From Amphiscolops sp. MND2022 (taxonomy: Eukaryota), in contig OZ076415.1 in assembly GCA_964187785.1 (NCBI GenBank), forward strand, positions 11,904,001-11,968,000: DNA of 64,000 nucleotides, in the 5' to 3' direction. The notes under the pieces were generated by a model that made no database searches, had not been told where the DNA came from, and was given only the letters and a program-made list of their open reading frames with translations. This document shows, in pieces, positions 24,763 through 37,599 of this stretch (positions within the stretch are counted from its first letter, which is position 1; each line of letters opens with the position of its first letter). Position numbers and translations under genes: made by a program.

Positions 24763-27700
24763 TGCCAAACATGTGAAAGCCACGACCAACAACTGTTTGA
24801 AGATGTCAAAAGTTGGTGGAAAGTGGAATCTTATGGACCCAGAGCAGCAACCGAAGACCCAACGACTAACGACGAAGACAAAGCACTTGAAATACTCGCA
24901 GACACTTGCCGCAAAACAGATGAAGGACGATTCGAAACAGGACTCCTCTGGAAGTCAACTGAGGAACTGCCAAACAATCGCATTTACGCCGAAAACCATC
25001 TGAAGTCCCTACAGAGGAAACTCAAAGAAGACGACGACCTAGCACAGCTCTACAGAAAAGAAATACAGAAAGACTTGGACAAAGGATACATCAAAGAAAT
25101 CAACGGAGAACAAGAGGAAGACAACACCAAGTGGTTTCTACCACACTATGGAATAGTTAGCCCGGCGAAACCTGGAAAGATTCGCCGCATTGCGAACGCC
25201 GCCGCTGTCTTCAATGGAACATGCCTCAACGATCATCTACTACCTGGACCCGCCCTATTGAACGACCTAGTTGGAATCATATTACGCAGTCGCGAGAAGC
25301 CAATACTCATCACCGCCGACATAGAAGGTTTTTTCATGCAAGTTGGAGTGCGAAAAGAAGATCGCAAATTCTTGCGATTTTTGTGGAACGACGACTTCAA
25401 CAAACCACCGAAGGAATTCGAATACCAAAGACACATATTTGGTGCCAGAGATTCACCCGCTTGCGCCATCTACGCTTTACAACAAGCAGCCCGAGACAAC
25501 GCGGAGAACTATCCAGATGTTCTCGAAACCGTGACAACCGACTTCTACATGGACGATTTTGTGAAATCCGTTGGATCAACCGAAGAAGCACTACAACTAC
25601 ATCAACGATTAAGACACGTTTTAGGAAGCCACTCCTTCAACCTTATCAAGTGGTGTAGCAATTCCCGAGCATTCTGCAATGAACTGGATGAAACCTTATT
25701 GACGAACGAGAAAGACGAAATCTTCACAAAGAACAACAGACAAAAGGTACTGGGAGTTTCCTGGTTCCCGCTCACCGACATGTTTGCAGCTCATATAAAC
25801 AAACACAACCCGGACATCCTCCAGAAATGGACTCAACGCAAACTGTTAGGACTCATTGCTCGACTTTTTGACCCACTGGGAATAACAGCACCTGTCATAA
25901 TTGTCATGAAGATAAAGTTACAAGAGATATGGCGAAACGGACAACACTGGGACGAAAAACTACCTGAAGACCTTCAACAATTCGTCAAGGAATGGACCAC
26001 TAATACAGCACATTTGAATGAAATAAAGATCCCTCGATATTACAATTTGCCAACCGCTCAGCCAATAGAACTACACGTCTTCTGCGATGCCTCATCTCAG
26101 GCCCTCGCCACAGTCATTTTCATCCGATTCGCACACAAAACAGTCTACCAAACGAAATTCGTCATGGGAAAAACAAGAGTCGCCCCACTGAAACCACAGA
26201 CCATTCCAAAACTGGAACTACAAGCAGCCGTCTACTCATGCCGATTACAAAGCATTCATCAAAAACACGACCCTGTCAGTCTCAAAGATCACACACTGGA
26301 CTGACAGCACAGTTGTCTTACATTGGATCTACAACATTAACAACCGAGAGAAAACGTATATTGCCAATCGACTACACGAAATACGACACACGACAGCTAT
26401 AAATGATTGGAAATACGTACCTACAAAACTCAATCCAGCCGACGAAGGAACCCGAGGAATCAAGACAACAGAACTCAAGCACTCACAATGGATGAATGGA
26501 CCAGCTTTTCTCAAGTTGCCTTCACATTTATGGCCTCGAACTATCGATGACACCACACCCAGCACCCTGGACAATATGCCGACATCAAAAACAGACGACA
26601 TACAAACCTACAGTCTAATCTGCAATACACCACATACGTTCGTGGACTACAAACAATTCTCATCGTGGAAAAGATTGCTTCGAACTACCTTCTATATTCT
26701 CAAGACATTGGATCTTGCCAAACGACGACTATCCACAGTAAAAGAACGTTATCAACGGAGTAAAGACATTCTTTTCAGAGTCGCACAAAATGAAAGCTTT
26801 CCAGAAGACATCAAGGACATCCAAAGAACACAAACCGTTAAAGCACGCAGCAAGATTGTCAACTTCAACCCATATCTCGATCAAGAAGGAACACTTCGAT
26901 CACTCAGCCGACTTCAAAAAGCCCCAATCAGCTTACGAATAAAAAACCCTCAAATCGTAGATGCCAAACACTACATCATACGACTCTACATACAGCACAT
27001 ACACGAAGATGAAGGACACGTAGGACTAGAACACATGAGAGTAATACTGCAACAAGAACACTGGATGACCCATTTGACAACCACACTCAAACAAATAATC
27101 TACAACTGTTTCATCTGCAAACGCCAACGTCAACTACCTAGTCAACCCAAAATGGGTATCCTTCCGGAATTTAGATTCGCGAAGACACCTGCAGCTTTCG
27201 AAGACATTGGAATGGACTACTTTGGACCCTTTCCTGTATATCAAAGAAATCAACGCACCAGCCAATACGTCTGCATTTTCACCTGCTTCAGAACAAGAGC
27301 AGTGCACTTCGAAGTTGTTGAAGACCTGACAACTGACTCATGCTTACTAGCGATCAGACGATTCACAAGCCGACGAGGAAAACCAACAAGTATAACATCT
27401 GACAACGCGAGTACATTCCACGCAGCAGCCAAATCCTTGGACCTGGGAAAGATAGAAGAAAAACTAGGATCCCAACAAATTGATTGGAAATTCATACCCC
27501 CTGGAACGCCACATGAGGGAGGAGCTTGGGAACGTCTAATCAGGATGGCAAAAGAATCCTCTACTCAATGTCTGGAACCCAAAGTTGGACCCAACAGACA
27601 TTCAATACCTTCATTTGCCAAGTGGAAGGAATTATGAATAGCAGACCTCTGACAAAAGCTTCAGCAGATAGCAACGAGATAGAATGCCTCACACCCAACC

Positions 27701-28077
27701 ATTTCATCATCCCACGACGCAGCAACTTCCCAACGACAACATTAGAGGCGAACAAACACACCGATAGACTAATTCAACTAAATAGACAGTGCGAGTCAAA
27801 TGCCAATCAATTCTGGACAAGGCTCATGAAAGAGTACTTGCCGACACTCAGGCCCCAATCAAAGTGGCATACGACCAAAGATCCCATAATGAAAGGTCAA
27901 GTGGTGTGGATTCTTGAAAACAACTCGCCCAGAGGACTATGGCCCTTGGGTCTTGTGACAGAAGTTTATCCAGGGTCGGACAACATTGTTCGAAAATGTA
28001 AACTCAAAACGAAAACTGGCGAAACTGTCAAGAGTGCCCACCAGTTATGTCCCCTGGAGTGTAATGGAAATCTTTGA
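24763..28077 (+). pseudogene. Pao pol (RT-RNaseH-integrase), frameshifted
   Basis: ORF pieces 24823-26304, 26492-27637 and 27526-28077; frameshifts near 26260 and 27550; the stop codon lies inside the 3' LTR. Confidence 0.92.
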
Positions 28078-28189
28078 ATAATTTGCCACGTGCCATTATT
28101 AATCATTGTCAATATTGAATAAAGTGATTCATCAACGTCAAGAGTTTCGACCCCCATTTAAAGTAAGAACATTCCAATTTTCTTCTACA
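28060..28189 (+). repeat. 3' LTR of Pao element 1
   Basis: Matches 24609-24738. Confidence 0.96.
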
Positions 28190-28776
28190 CCCTCAAATCT
28201 TCATTTAAAAATATAGTCAAAATTTGAAAGGAAGGACTCTTACGAACAATTTGCTATTTTATGAGAATTTCGTAAAAATTTGGCATTCGACACATGAAAA
28301 TGGCCACTTCGACCAGATTGAAAAAAAACGACAAAGGTCACTATAATGGTCGCGTTTTACTTCAAAAAGCGCCAACGGAAGAAGTGATCAATAGTCTGGT
28401 GATTCTAGTCAACTAAAAGCGCCGACTTAAAAAACACAAAGACAGAAGTAGCGTTCTGCGATACAATTAGTCATATTTTCATACAATGCAGTCACATTCA
28501 TTCTTCAACAAATCTTTTTCAGATCTGAACTGATTCCCACGAGGTTTTTTGGGGAAGGTGATTAAAATTCCATCGAATTCAGTCTAGGTTGACTGATTAC
28601 TTCGGCTATCAGGGGCTTTAAAGTGGGTTAAGTGTGGCATTTGCTGATTCAAAAAATCGTTCCCAAAATATCCCTTTAATTAGCTTGACATAAAAGATTT
28701 GAAAACGACACTGGCAGAAGTTAACTACTTCCTCTCAGCCAAATTACGGAAGCAAAAAAAGAAAAACGTTAAACAT

Positions 28777-29352
28777 AACAAGCCGGGAACGGCACAAGTC
28801 GGCACCATATCTAAGGCTCAAAAATAGCAAAAAGACATGAAAGTGTCAAAAAACTCAAAGTATCAAACTCACATAAAGGGTATCAAACTCACGAAAAACC
28901 CAAACGACCGAACTGGCGCGCCAGGTGCCCGCAAGCGCGGGACCCTTTAGCATTTTTAACATCCATTGTTGCAAAACATTAAAAAATTGAAGGGGGACCC
29001 ATTGGTGAAAAAAAATTTCCGAAAAAAATGTCTCACAATGCCGACAAAAAACTGGAAGGGGGGACCCTTTGGGACTTTTCAACATCCATTCTGCCGCAAA
29101 ACATCAAAAAATTGAAGGGGACCCTTTGGGGAAAAATTTTCGAAAAAAAGTCGCACCCTTTAGTCTCTCCCGGTTTTGTGTTACGCGGAAAAAGAGGAAA
29201 ACCCTTTTGGTTCAGTTCGCTAGGCCAAATGATTCAATTTGGGACCATGAAATTTCGTAGAACTTTTAGGAACTATTTTGGTCAGTTGGTGTGGATTGAA
29301 AAAAAGTCACTATAATAGTCACGTTTCACGTCATGAAGCGCCGACTAAAAAA
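28777..29352 (-). mobile_element. Family A Helentron-like element
   Basis: aacaagccgggaacggcacaagtcggcaccatatctaaggctcaaaa ... aagcgccgactaaaaaa. Confidence 0.75.
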
Positions 29353-31319
29353 CACGATATTTCTGCTGGCGATAAATAATTAAATGCTTCAGCTCATGTA
29401 AAACCTAGAGGGAAAATGATTCTGTACACAACCACAGGAACTCTTTTCTTGACAATTGATTGCTGTCTAATTATTTGACGGCTAGCTATAGGGACTGACT
29501 GCTAAAATTAAGCTTCTCCAAAAAAATGTCTTAAAAACAATGTTTCAACAGCAAAAGTTTCAATATGCTTTGTAATTTTAGCAGAATTCAGACAACCTTT
29601 TGCGACTGAAAGACACTGTGAAACAGCTTCGAAACCAGGGGAAAATGAAAGTGCAGTTAGCTAGGACTCTGCACGTCAGATCCCCAACTTTACTGGCCCA
29701 GGAGTCTCTGATGACCACAAGGAGCAATGACGTAGGCTCCTGAGTACTCCAGAACTGTCTTTTCAGCACCAGGTGGCAGAAGCGATCGGTGTACAATTGA
29801 AATCATATCTCATGGTTTGCTTGTCAGGACTTTTCGTCCCCGGACATTTCGCCCCCTTATAGTTTCCGCTCAATCAAAGCGAATTACACAGAAACCTCTT
29901 CAGATTTTGTCGGAATTATCATTATAACGAGTCAGCTATGTTCACATAACCCTGGTTCCCTAAATGCATGAGCGAAGCGAAGTGACGTGCCATATGGCCA
30001 TGCCTCAATGTTACTACTATTGGCCATCCCTTAATGCGAACGGAGCAAATGACCGAGCTATACAACAAACATGCTAACCTCTTCAAATAATAATTCGGAT
30101 ATAAATAATACTAAATTAAAAGCCGGAAAGTCCTGGAACACATGGTTTGATAGATTGAGTTTTATGTTCGAGAGTTGCGTAAAAAGTACACTTGATTCAA
30201 TCTACATATCTTGAGCTTCATTCAAAAAGAAATTAGCTCACAAATTTCTCTCCAAAAAATGATCTTCGATTTCAACTGGAACTGGCACTCCCAGTAACTT
30301 TCGAGTTCTTTTCTGCGAAACAAAATGACGGAAATCGGCTCCATTCAAATCAATTCATCAGTGGTTCTCTATCAAATGAGACCAGTAGCCAAGTATCCGA
30401 TAGTAAATGAGCGGAATATTTGCGAGAAAGATGATTGTCAAATTGGTCAAAAAATCTCAAGTTGTGCTTCTTCCGATCGAGTAGTTCTCAAAAATGAAAC
30501 AATATCTCAAAAAATTAGCACCAGTTAATTCAATCTAAAAGTCAAATCCTTCGACTGCGATTACTATCAAAGAAACTGAGTGAAAAATTGGGGAAAATAT
30601 TTTTCAAAAATGTCAAAATTCGATGCTTTCGCATTCATTGTCTAGTTTGAACAATCATTTCTCAACAATAGAAGCAAAACGCCAAAATTGGCTCCACTCA
30701 AAAAGTTCTGAATTGATTTTCTAAATGATAGAAAACCGAAAGTTGAAAGCCGAAAATTTTGAGGAAAACTATTTTTCAACGATTTTGCTGTGGGAAAATG
30801 ACAAAAAACTGGGCTATAGCTAATACTCCTCCGGGAAATCCATGAGCAGTAACGAACGACCAATAAAAACTTTTATTGAAAACTAACATTTTTCGGGTGA
30901 CTTATTTATTGAATGGACTTCCTGCAGAAAAGATTTCCAAAAATCTAGCCATTTTCAAAATAAAGAGTAATTCGCACAAACGCAAATCATTAGTGAAATG
31001 TAATCTCTTGGTTTTTTAACACATTTCAAGCACATCCTATGCTCACGAAAAAATTGCAAGAAGAAAATGTTGAGAAAATCACTGAAAATTCTTTGGAAAC
31101 GATCAATTTTTCATTTAAAATCAAAAGGAAATAGAAAGTGCAAGGTAGGACATCATATTTACTCAAGGGAAAATAAAATTGATTCCTTCAATGGGTTTCG
31201 ATGAATTATTTAAAGGGAAATTTAACGATGCATTAATGGGTATCAAATGGACCTAATTGGCCATCACTGCCTGAGTGATAAGATTTTTAACCTTTCATCA
31301 ACTTTACATTTATGTACTT

Positions 31320-31492
31320 TAGACCTTTTTCGAACTTTGTTGAGATCTCATAAAGGACAAACCCCCAGGGGGGCTTGGGGGCTTTTCTTCAGGGGGTGCA
31401 ACTTGGGGGAGGGTTAGGCTTGATAAGGGTCTATCGTTCATACGATCCCTTATTTAGGTCAAGCTTTTCCCACTGCAGTGTTCTACAAAACG
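31320..31492. repeat. Short dispersed repeat homologous to 32335-32510
   Basis: ttttcgaact...gatctcat.aaggaca...ttcaggggg...taggcttga.aaggg...ctgca.tgttctacaaaac occurs in both copies. Confidence 0.75.
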
Positions 31493-31805
31493 CAATTGCT
31501 TTGCAGAGTCGAATTACGTAGGATCGAAAATTTACAAAATTATCTAGGATCGAATTATGATTTTTCTTTGTCTAGGATCTAAAGACATGAAATTCATTAT
31601 TCTAACATCATACCTTAAGCACCCTAAAAGCAGGAGCGAAGCGACGTGCCATTACTTGACAACCGACAAGTTATGAGGAAGACCGACCGAGTCATTCAGC
31701 CAATTTCGGTTTCTAAATTTTATTTTTAAAATATCATTTCGACCCTGCCTAATTGGATCCTGAATAATTCGACTAAATAATCTGGCTGCAATTTTCGATT
31801 CTAAA

Positions 31806-32278
31806 CAGGGTGGGCCATTATAAAACATGGATGTTTTAAAACACGTTTTAAAACAGTTTCAGGACACTGTTTTATTTTGAATAAAGTACATTCCAATCAC
31901 TGGTTTTTTATTTCATTTTTATGTAATCGATGTAGACAGACAAGTAGGTGTCAAAATGACCAATTTCAAAAAAATGCCAGGGAAAATGAAAGCCTATCCT
32001 GAAGAATTACTGGAACAGACACTCGAAATGGAATGTCTAGTACCAGTGGAATAAAAAGATTTTTCAACAATAGGGTTCATCCACTCTGACCTTCGCAACA
32101 GGCTTGGAGTTCAGAAAGTTGAAAAACTTTGTTTTGTGATTCGATATTTGAATGATATTGAAAAAATATATTCTTTCCAGCTTGTTTTTCTGTCGTTCTA
32201 CGAGGGAATTATTTCAAACATGTTTTAAAACGTTTGTATTGTTTAAAATTGATTTAAAACATACTATGGCCAACCCTG
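31806..32278 (+). mobile_element. hAT deletion derivative (473 bp)
   Basis: TIR caggg(t)gggccat / atggccaaccctg; perfect 8-bp TSD ATTCTAAA; relic FSTIGFIHSDLRNRLGVQKVEKLCF resembles the hAT C-terminal dimerisation domain. Confidence 0.9.
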
Positions 32279-32514
32279 ATTCTAAATAGTTAGACCCTAG
32301 AGATGCTACTCTACAAAACTAACCGGGCTACTCTAGAACTTTTTCGAACTATGTTTGGATCTCATTAAGGACACCCCCAGAAATTATTGGGGGCTTTCTT
32401 CTTCAGGGGGCACAAGGGGGGGTAGGCTTGACAAGGGCTATCTATCGTTCATATCATAAGATCACGCTTGTTTTAGCTCACGCTTTTTCGACTGCAATGT
32501 TCTACAAAACTAAC

Positions 32515-32846
32515 CGGGCGTTCACTCAAGAATTTGGGCAATTTCACAGCAAACTGGCAGTCGGGACTGGGGCACCATTTGACGTCTGGCAGCTCTTCCA
32601 CGAAGCAGTTGATGACGTTATTGTCTAACATGTCCAGGACCTCCTCCACACTGCTGCTACTGCTGCTTACGTCATCATCACCGGAGGCCGTGCTAGAACC
32701 CTGGACAAGTTGGTCTTGGTTGGTTTGCGAGTTGTCTTGGTTGCGAGGTCTTCTCTGCGAGGTGATAAATTCTCGGATTTGAAAAGACGAGATTAATACA
32801 TTGCACTTGTAGGCTGGGCATTCTATGACGCTTTTGCGGTCGTTGA
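32515..32846 (-). CDS. ANKIB1: ANKIB1-like exon 6 (end of RING1, start of IBR)
   Basis: aattag|TC; NDRKSVIECPAYKC...FVEELPDVKWCPSPDC; CCG|gttagt. Confidence 0.93.
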
Positions 32847-33912
32847 CTAATTGAGAAAACATGACCATTTTCATCAGATATAACAAAACGATGCAAAACA
32901 GACGATTTTTCAATATAACATCGAAACTTACTGAAATTAGGGGGAGTTTTCATAATTCTAGAAAACCTCGCTACAACAAGGTAACGGTAATTTTTGAAGT
33001 CTTCGCAAACAATTTGTCGTAAATAAGATTACCAGAAATTTCGTTGTCGGTAATTACGTTCTATAAAACTTCATTGACTACTTTAATTCCAGATTTGAGA
33101 AAAAAAGATTTCAAAAATTTCTAGATTTGCTAATATGACGAAACTTTTCACGAAGAAATTTTGCCCCAAACTGTGTTGATCAGACTGTCTCTCAATGAAC
33201 TAAATATAAGACGCAGAGTTGGTAAGTTTTAAATCAGGATATTTTGAATCACTGTTTTAAAACAGTTTTGAAACAATGTCATTTTCGAGGGGTTTCTTTT
33301 TATTTTCGCAGACCTTTCAGTTGTGCAGAATCCTTTATCTCTGTTTTTTTTAAGTCTGGAGAGGATTTTTTCATCCAAGGGTCACGTACAGTCTGAAATT
33401 CGGAATCGACTGAAACATCAGACAGTCCGTAAACTGGCGTTTTCAATGCGCTTGCTGAATTCAGCTTCGCTTTCGGAGTATATTTCGTGATAATGGAGTG
33501 AATTGAGTTTCAGCTCGCAAACTCTGTTTTAAAACGTTTTAAACGTATAAAAAAATTTTTAACGTTTTTTTTAACCGAGCCTGATAAGTTTCTTATACAA
33601 TCAGCACGAAATTGTAAATCTTCCTCCACTTACCAAGATTTTCAATATTTTTTTATATAGGACCGTTAGTGACACAGTAAGGAGGCTCTGCAGCTTGCAG
33701 CATATACGACACCCTCTTCAACAAATCGAAAATGGCCGTTTTTTGGTCAATTTTGGGCAACTTTTGGCTTTTTTTTCTCAGACCCCAGTGACACGATTTT
33801 GATGCCATTGCATATATAGGACTCACATATGGTGTAGAATGACTAGAAAATTTCAGTACGCATGGTCCTTTTTTAAGAGAGAAAATCAGCATGAAAAGAA
33901 AATGGTCATTAC

Positions 33913-34210
33913 TGATTTTGAGTTTGATATATTCGAATAAGCAGGAGAAGCACGTTGAGTGATTGCACGTGAGTGGCAGGGCGGGGTTGGCACTGTCATA
34001 TGGGTCGTAAGAGCAGAAACAGATTTCGCACTCCAGGGGTTCCGAAGGTAGCATGAAGTTGGAGCTGGATCCCAGGTCGTCCAACTTGGTTTCGTGCAGT
34101 CTGTGCGTCTGGGGAACTGACGATATCAGCGTGGCACCTGGCATCGAGTATGACGTCGAGCATTTCCTAGACGTTGTTGCCGATGCCCTTCGCTTCTGAG
34201 CCATACCCAT
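33913..34210 (-). CDS. ANKIB1: ANKIB1-like exon 5 (RING1)
   Basis: ttcatag|ATG; CEICFCS...CNHSTCFSCLFEYIKLKI; A|gtaatg, phase 1. Confidence 0.92.
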
Positions 34211-34739
34211 CTATGAAAAAACTTTGAATGCAATTGGACGAAACCTTTTATCATTAAGAGCGCCTTTTGAAGAGAGCGAATCTTTATTTGGTAGCAAATA
34301 TTATGACCTGGAATGAATCAAATCTTGAAAGAAAAATGTAAAAATTTATCAAAAAGTGTTGAAGTCAATACAATGGATGTTGCCTTTTTTGCGTCGAAAC
34401 TCGTAAATTTCGTCATTCAAAAAAATCGTAAAACTGGGATCAAGGTTATGGCACAGCTAGGTACCGGGTTACCGAAGCGGAAAATTATCGAATTGATTCA
34501 GCGATAACCATTTTTATTAGCGGTTTTTAGTAGGCGTTTTCGATAGAAAAAGCCGACTATAGTAGTGGCATTTTTTTCAAGACCAGCGAACTGAAATGTT
34601 TCTATAAGTTGCCCCAGAGCCTTAGTGGATGCGTGCTGTAAAGCAAAGGTGCATTTGCACGTGTTCCCTAAATTTTGACGCCGCTAATCAGCGATTTAGC
34701 GGCCGCGCAGAGTTTGTCAGCTATTACATTAGCGATATC

Positions 34740-35330
34740 AGATTTAAAGGCGGTATTTAAAGGCGGTCATAACAGATTTAAAGGCGGTATGAACTGGTAG
34801 TGAATAATTGTGCGCTAAATAATGAATAAACAGGAGTGTATTGGTTTTCCAGATATGATTCTTTTATTAATGAAAGATTAAAGCAGAAATAGTAATGAGC
34901 CCCGGAGGGGCCTATTTTCGAAATTCATATCGGAACTCTGTGCATTTTCCGATGAACTTGTGAATTTGGACAATCTATTAGTTGCCGATGGCAAATATAT
35001 ATTTGAATGGAGGCGAAGCTCTCCGCAAAAGTATAATTAACACTCATTCGCTTCATCTCAATAACTCGGCGCAACGAAAGCACAATTACGAGCATTCGCT
35101 CGCTTCATCTCAATGACGTCAGCATACGAATGCATAATTACCACTCGCTCGTTCCATCGCACGAGAATTGATTGTCAGCGGCAGCTTGATAAATTTAATT
35201 CTCACGCTTATAGTCACTGCCGAACAAAATATCTGAACTATTCAGTATCGTGCCAAGAATTGTACTGAAACAAAGGTAGACATTTTGAGATTTCAATAAC
35301 ATTCCTGCTAAAGCAGAAATATTAAAAACC
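34740..35330. repeat. Family D copy with its first half inverted
   Basis: 34740-34920 is the reverse complement of about 440-620; 35005-35330 is co-oriented with about 685-940. Confidence 0.7.
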
Positions 35331-35548
35331 TGCAACTCTTCATCGATGAAGCCCACACAGTATAGAAAATTTTAGGTTTTTCTTGCAAAAATGGAATCAA
35401 GTTATCGTTTATATTTAGAACATTCTTGAATTGAAACATTAATAATTTGGAAAAAAACGTTTTTCAGCGAAATAGCCATTTCGAAATTGGCGGTTTAGCG
35501 ATTTTCGAAGAAAGAAGATAGCGATGTCAAAACTCTGACCCATCCTAC

Positions 35549-35851
35549 CTCAATTTTTTGATCTGGGTGCATCTCCGCGGACACGAGAAGAGCACTGTCC
35601 CCACTGCTGCTGCCACTGGCAGTGCCGTTGACGGCGATGTTCTTGGGCAGTTCTATGCTGGCGGACGAAGCACGAGATGACGTCGAGGTGAAGTTGAAGA
35701 TGGACTGTGATTGGTTGATAGAGTTTCCACTCAACTTGGAGCACCTTCTGCTGCTCTGCAGACTGAATCTGTCGAAGGACTGTGATTGGTTGAATTCCTC
35801 CAGCACTGCTTCTCTTTGCCATTGGTGCTTGCACAGCAACAGTTCCGCCTC
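35549..35851 (-). CDS. ANKIB1: ANKIB1-like exon 4
   Basis: ctacag|GAG; EAELLLCKHQWQREAVLEEF matches the Ariadne/ANKIB1 UBA-like helix; GAG|gtagga. Confidence 0.9.
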
Positions 35852-35893
35852 CTGTAGGGCAAAAATTCAATGGTTTCATACCAGGATTGGTTC

Positions 35894-35945
35894 AAACAAG
35901 ACGGGAACGTCTAAAGTCGGCGCTATATCTAAGGCTCAAAAAGCA
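35894..35945 (-). mobile_element. Isolated family A 3' terminus, about 40 nt from the exon 4 acceptor
   Basis: aaacaagacgggaacgtctaaagtcggcgctatatctaaggctcaaaa. Confidence 0.8.
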
Positions 35946-36758
35946 CAATGTTGTTGAAATATGCGTATGAAATTTGTAGACTGAAGTTTGTTGTTTCCTC
36001 ACCAATAACTCGGCCCCTTCAGAGCTCAGTAAAATTTGGGCAACTGCAAGAAAAAAATCCAAAGGAATTTCAAAAAGAAGTTCATCTTAGATAGGAAAGT
36101 GATTGGAAATTTTGGAAGAAAACGATGTGACTTCAGATAGAAGTGACATTCATAGTTACTTTCAACCGCGTTTTGTGAAAATGAAACCAAATCTCTTAAG
36201 AAATTCTCAAAAGTGGTCCACTTGAATGAACTACATGCGCGGAGCTTTTAAATGAGTTTTCTTCGAAGGAATTGAGTGGGCTAATTTTGAAAACAAAACC
36301 ATTTCTTAATTCCCAAACGTCAAAAAAATCCCAATTTTTGATACTTCAGATCGAGTATTTCTCAACAATTAGACTTCCCGTGAAGCAATTTAAAGGTTGT
36401 TAAAATTTAAAGGTTCTTTCGATTGGAACCAAGGCCAAAAAAAATTTTGAGAAAAGTTATTGAAAATTGTCAAAATCGACTGATTGATTTATTGCCACTT
36501 TTGGACCATCATTTCTGGACAATGGCAATGGAAACATCGGTTGCACTTGTATGGTTCGATGTATAATTACTTCTCAGAAAAACTTCGGTTCACTTCAAGT
36601 CAAAACAGACAAAATTTGAAAAAAAGATTTTCTAACAACATGAATTTTCAAGCATTTCTATGTTGACGGAAAAGAGACCGAAAAACCCTGAACGATATCT
36701 AATACTTCCATCGGAAAAACTTCCCTTCGGTCGCAAAAAAACACACTTTGAAACTTAC

Positions 36759-37327
36759 ATCTTCACTGATGGCCAGCGCGGATGCCGTTGAAAAGAGAAT
36801 TCCGTCTCGGAGAGCAATAAGTTCTTTACGGGTGAAGCTGGACTGAATCCAGCAACGACCCGACTGCTCGGCGGCAGAACTACTATTGGCAGCAGAATCA
36901 GCCGTTGTGGTGTTTGTAGTAACATTGTTGCTTGTATTTGTGCTCATCTCATTGCTAGTGTTATCCGACCCCCCTGGCGAGGAGGAATTGGAGTTACTGT
37001 TTGAGGCCTGGGACTCGCAGTTGGTTCTAGGGGTCCATCCGACGTCATAATCATCTCTAGCCTGGCCTTTGATCTCGTACTTGAATATCTCACTCTTCAG
37101 GGCATTTATTTCCTCGATGCAGAACTTCTGACTGTCCTTCTCGTAATTGAACACCATGGCGGATTCGAGGTATTGTGCGACTTCTGATAGATATGGATTC
37201 TTCTCGCAAAGGTCGCACGGCGTTTTCTTGTCGTTATTCTCCAGAAACAGAGGAGCTCCCGCCAAACGCAAAAGCTTCACACAGGCAAGAAGCCCATTTT
37301 GGGCAGCGATATGTAATGCAGTGTTAC
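36759..37327 (-). CDS. ANKIB1: ANKIB1-like exon 3 (ankyrin repeat + linker)
   Basis: tag|GT; GNTALHIAAQNGLLACVKLLRLAGAPLFLENNDKKTPCDL; GAT|gtaagt. Confidence 0.95.
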
Positions 37328-37599
37328 CTAACCAAAACAAAACAGAGAGGGTTTGATTATTGAATCGTGTACAGACAAAAGCGCCCATTTTGCACAGTCA
37401 TAAGCGCCCCAATACAAGGCGTCTCGCTAATTCTTGAGTTGATTTCACTGCCACTAATTAACTAATTGTTGAACCTGCTAACTGCAACCTAATTTTTGAA
37501 GGTGTTGAAAGAAAATAATTCCCTGGTAATGCCAGACTTGGCATTTTCACACCTAAAAATTCCGATTGAAAATTACTTTAACTGCACAATTGACATTTC

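Larger units (their letters stand above)
24609..28189 (+). mobile_element. Bel/Pao LTR retrotransposon, gag/protease deleted, in ANKIB1 intron 6 (antisense)
   Basis: 130-bp TG...CA LTRs identical by eye; TSD CCCTC (24604-08, 28190-94); RT (FYMDD), RNase H (VFCDAS) and integrase (DYFGP, SDNA) domains. Confidence 0.96.

Noticed and set aside
29600-29800. GC-richer island in ANKIB1 intron 6 as an extra exon
   Set aside because: I found no AG/GT-bounded phase 0-0 open frame, and exons 6 and 7 join without it.
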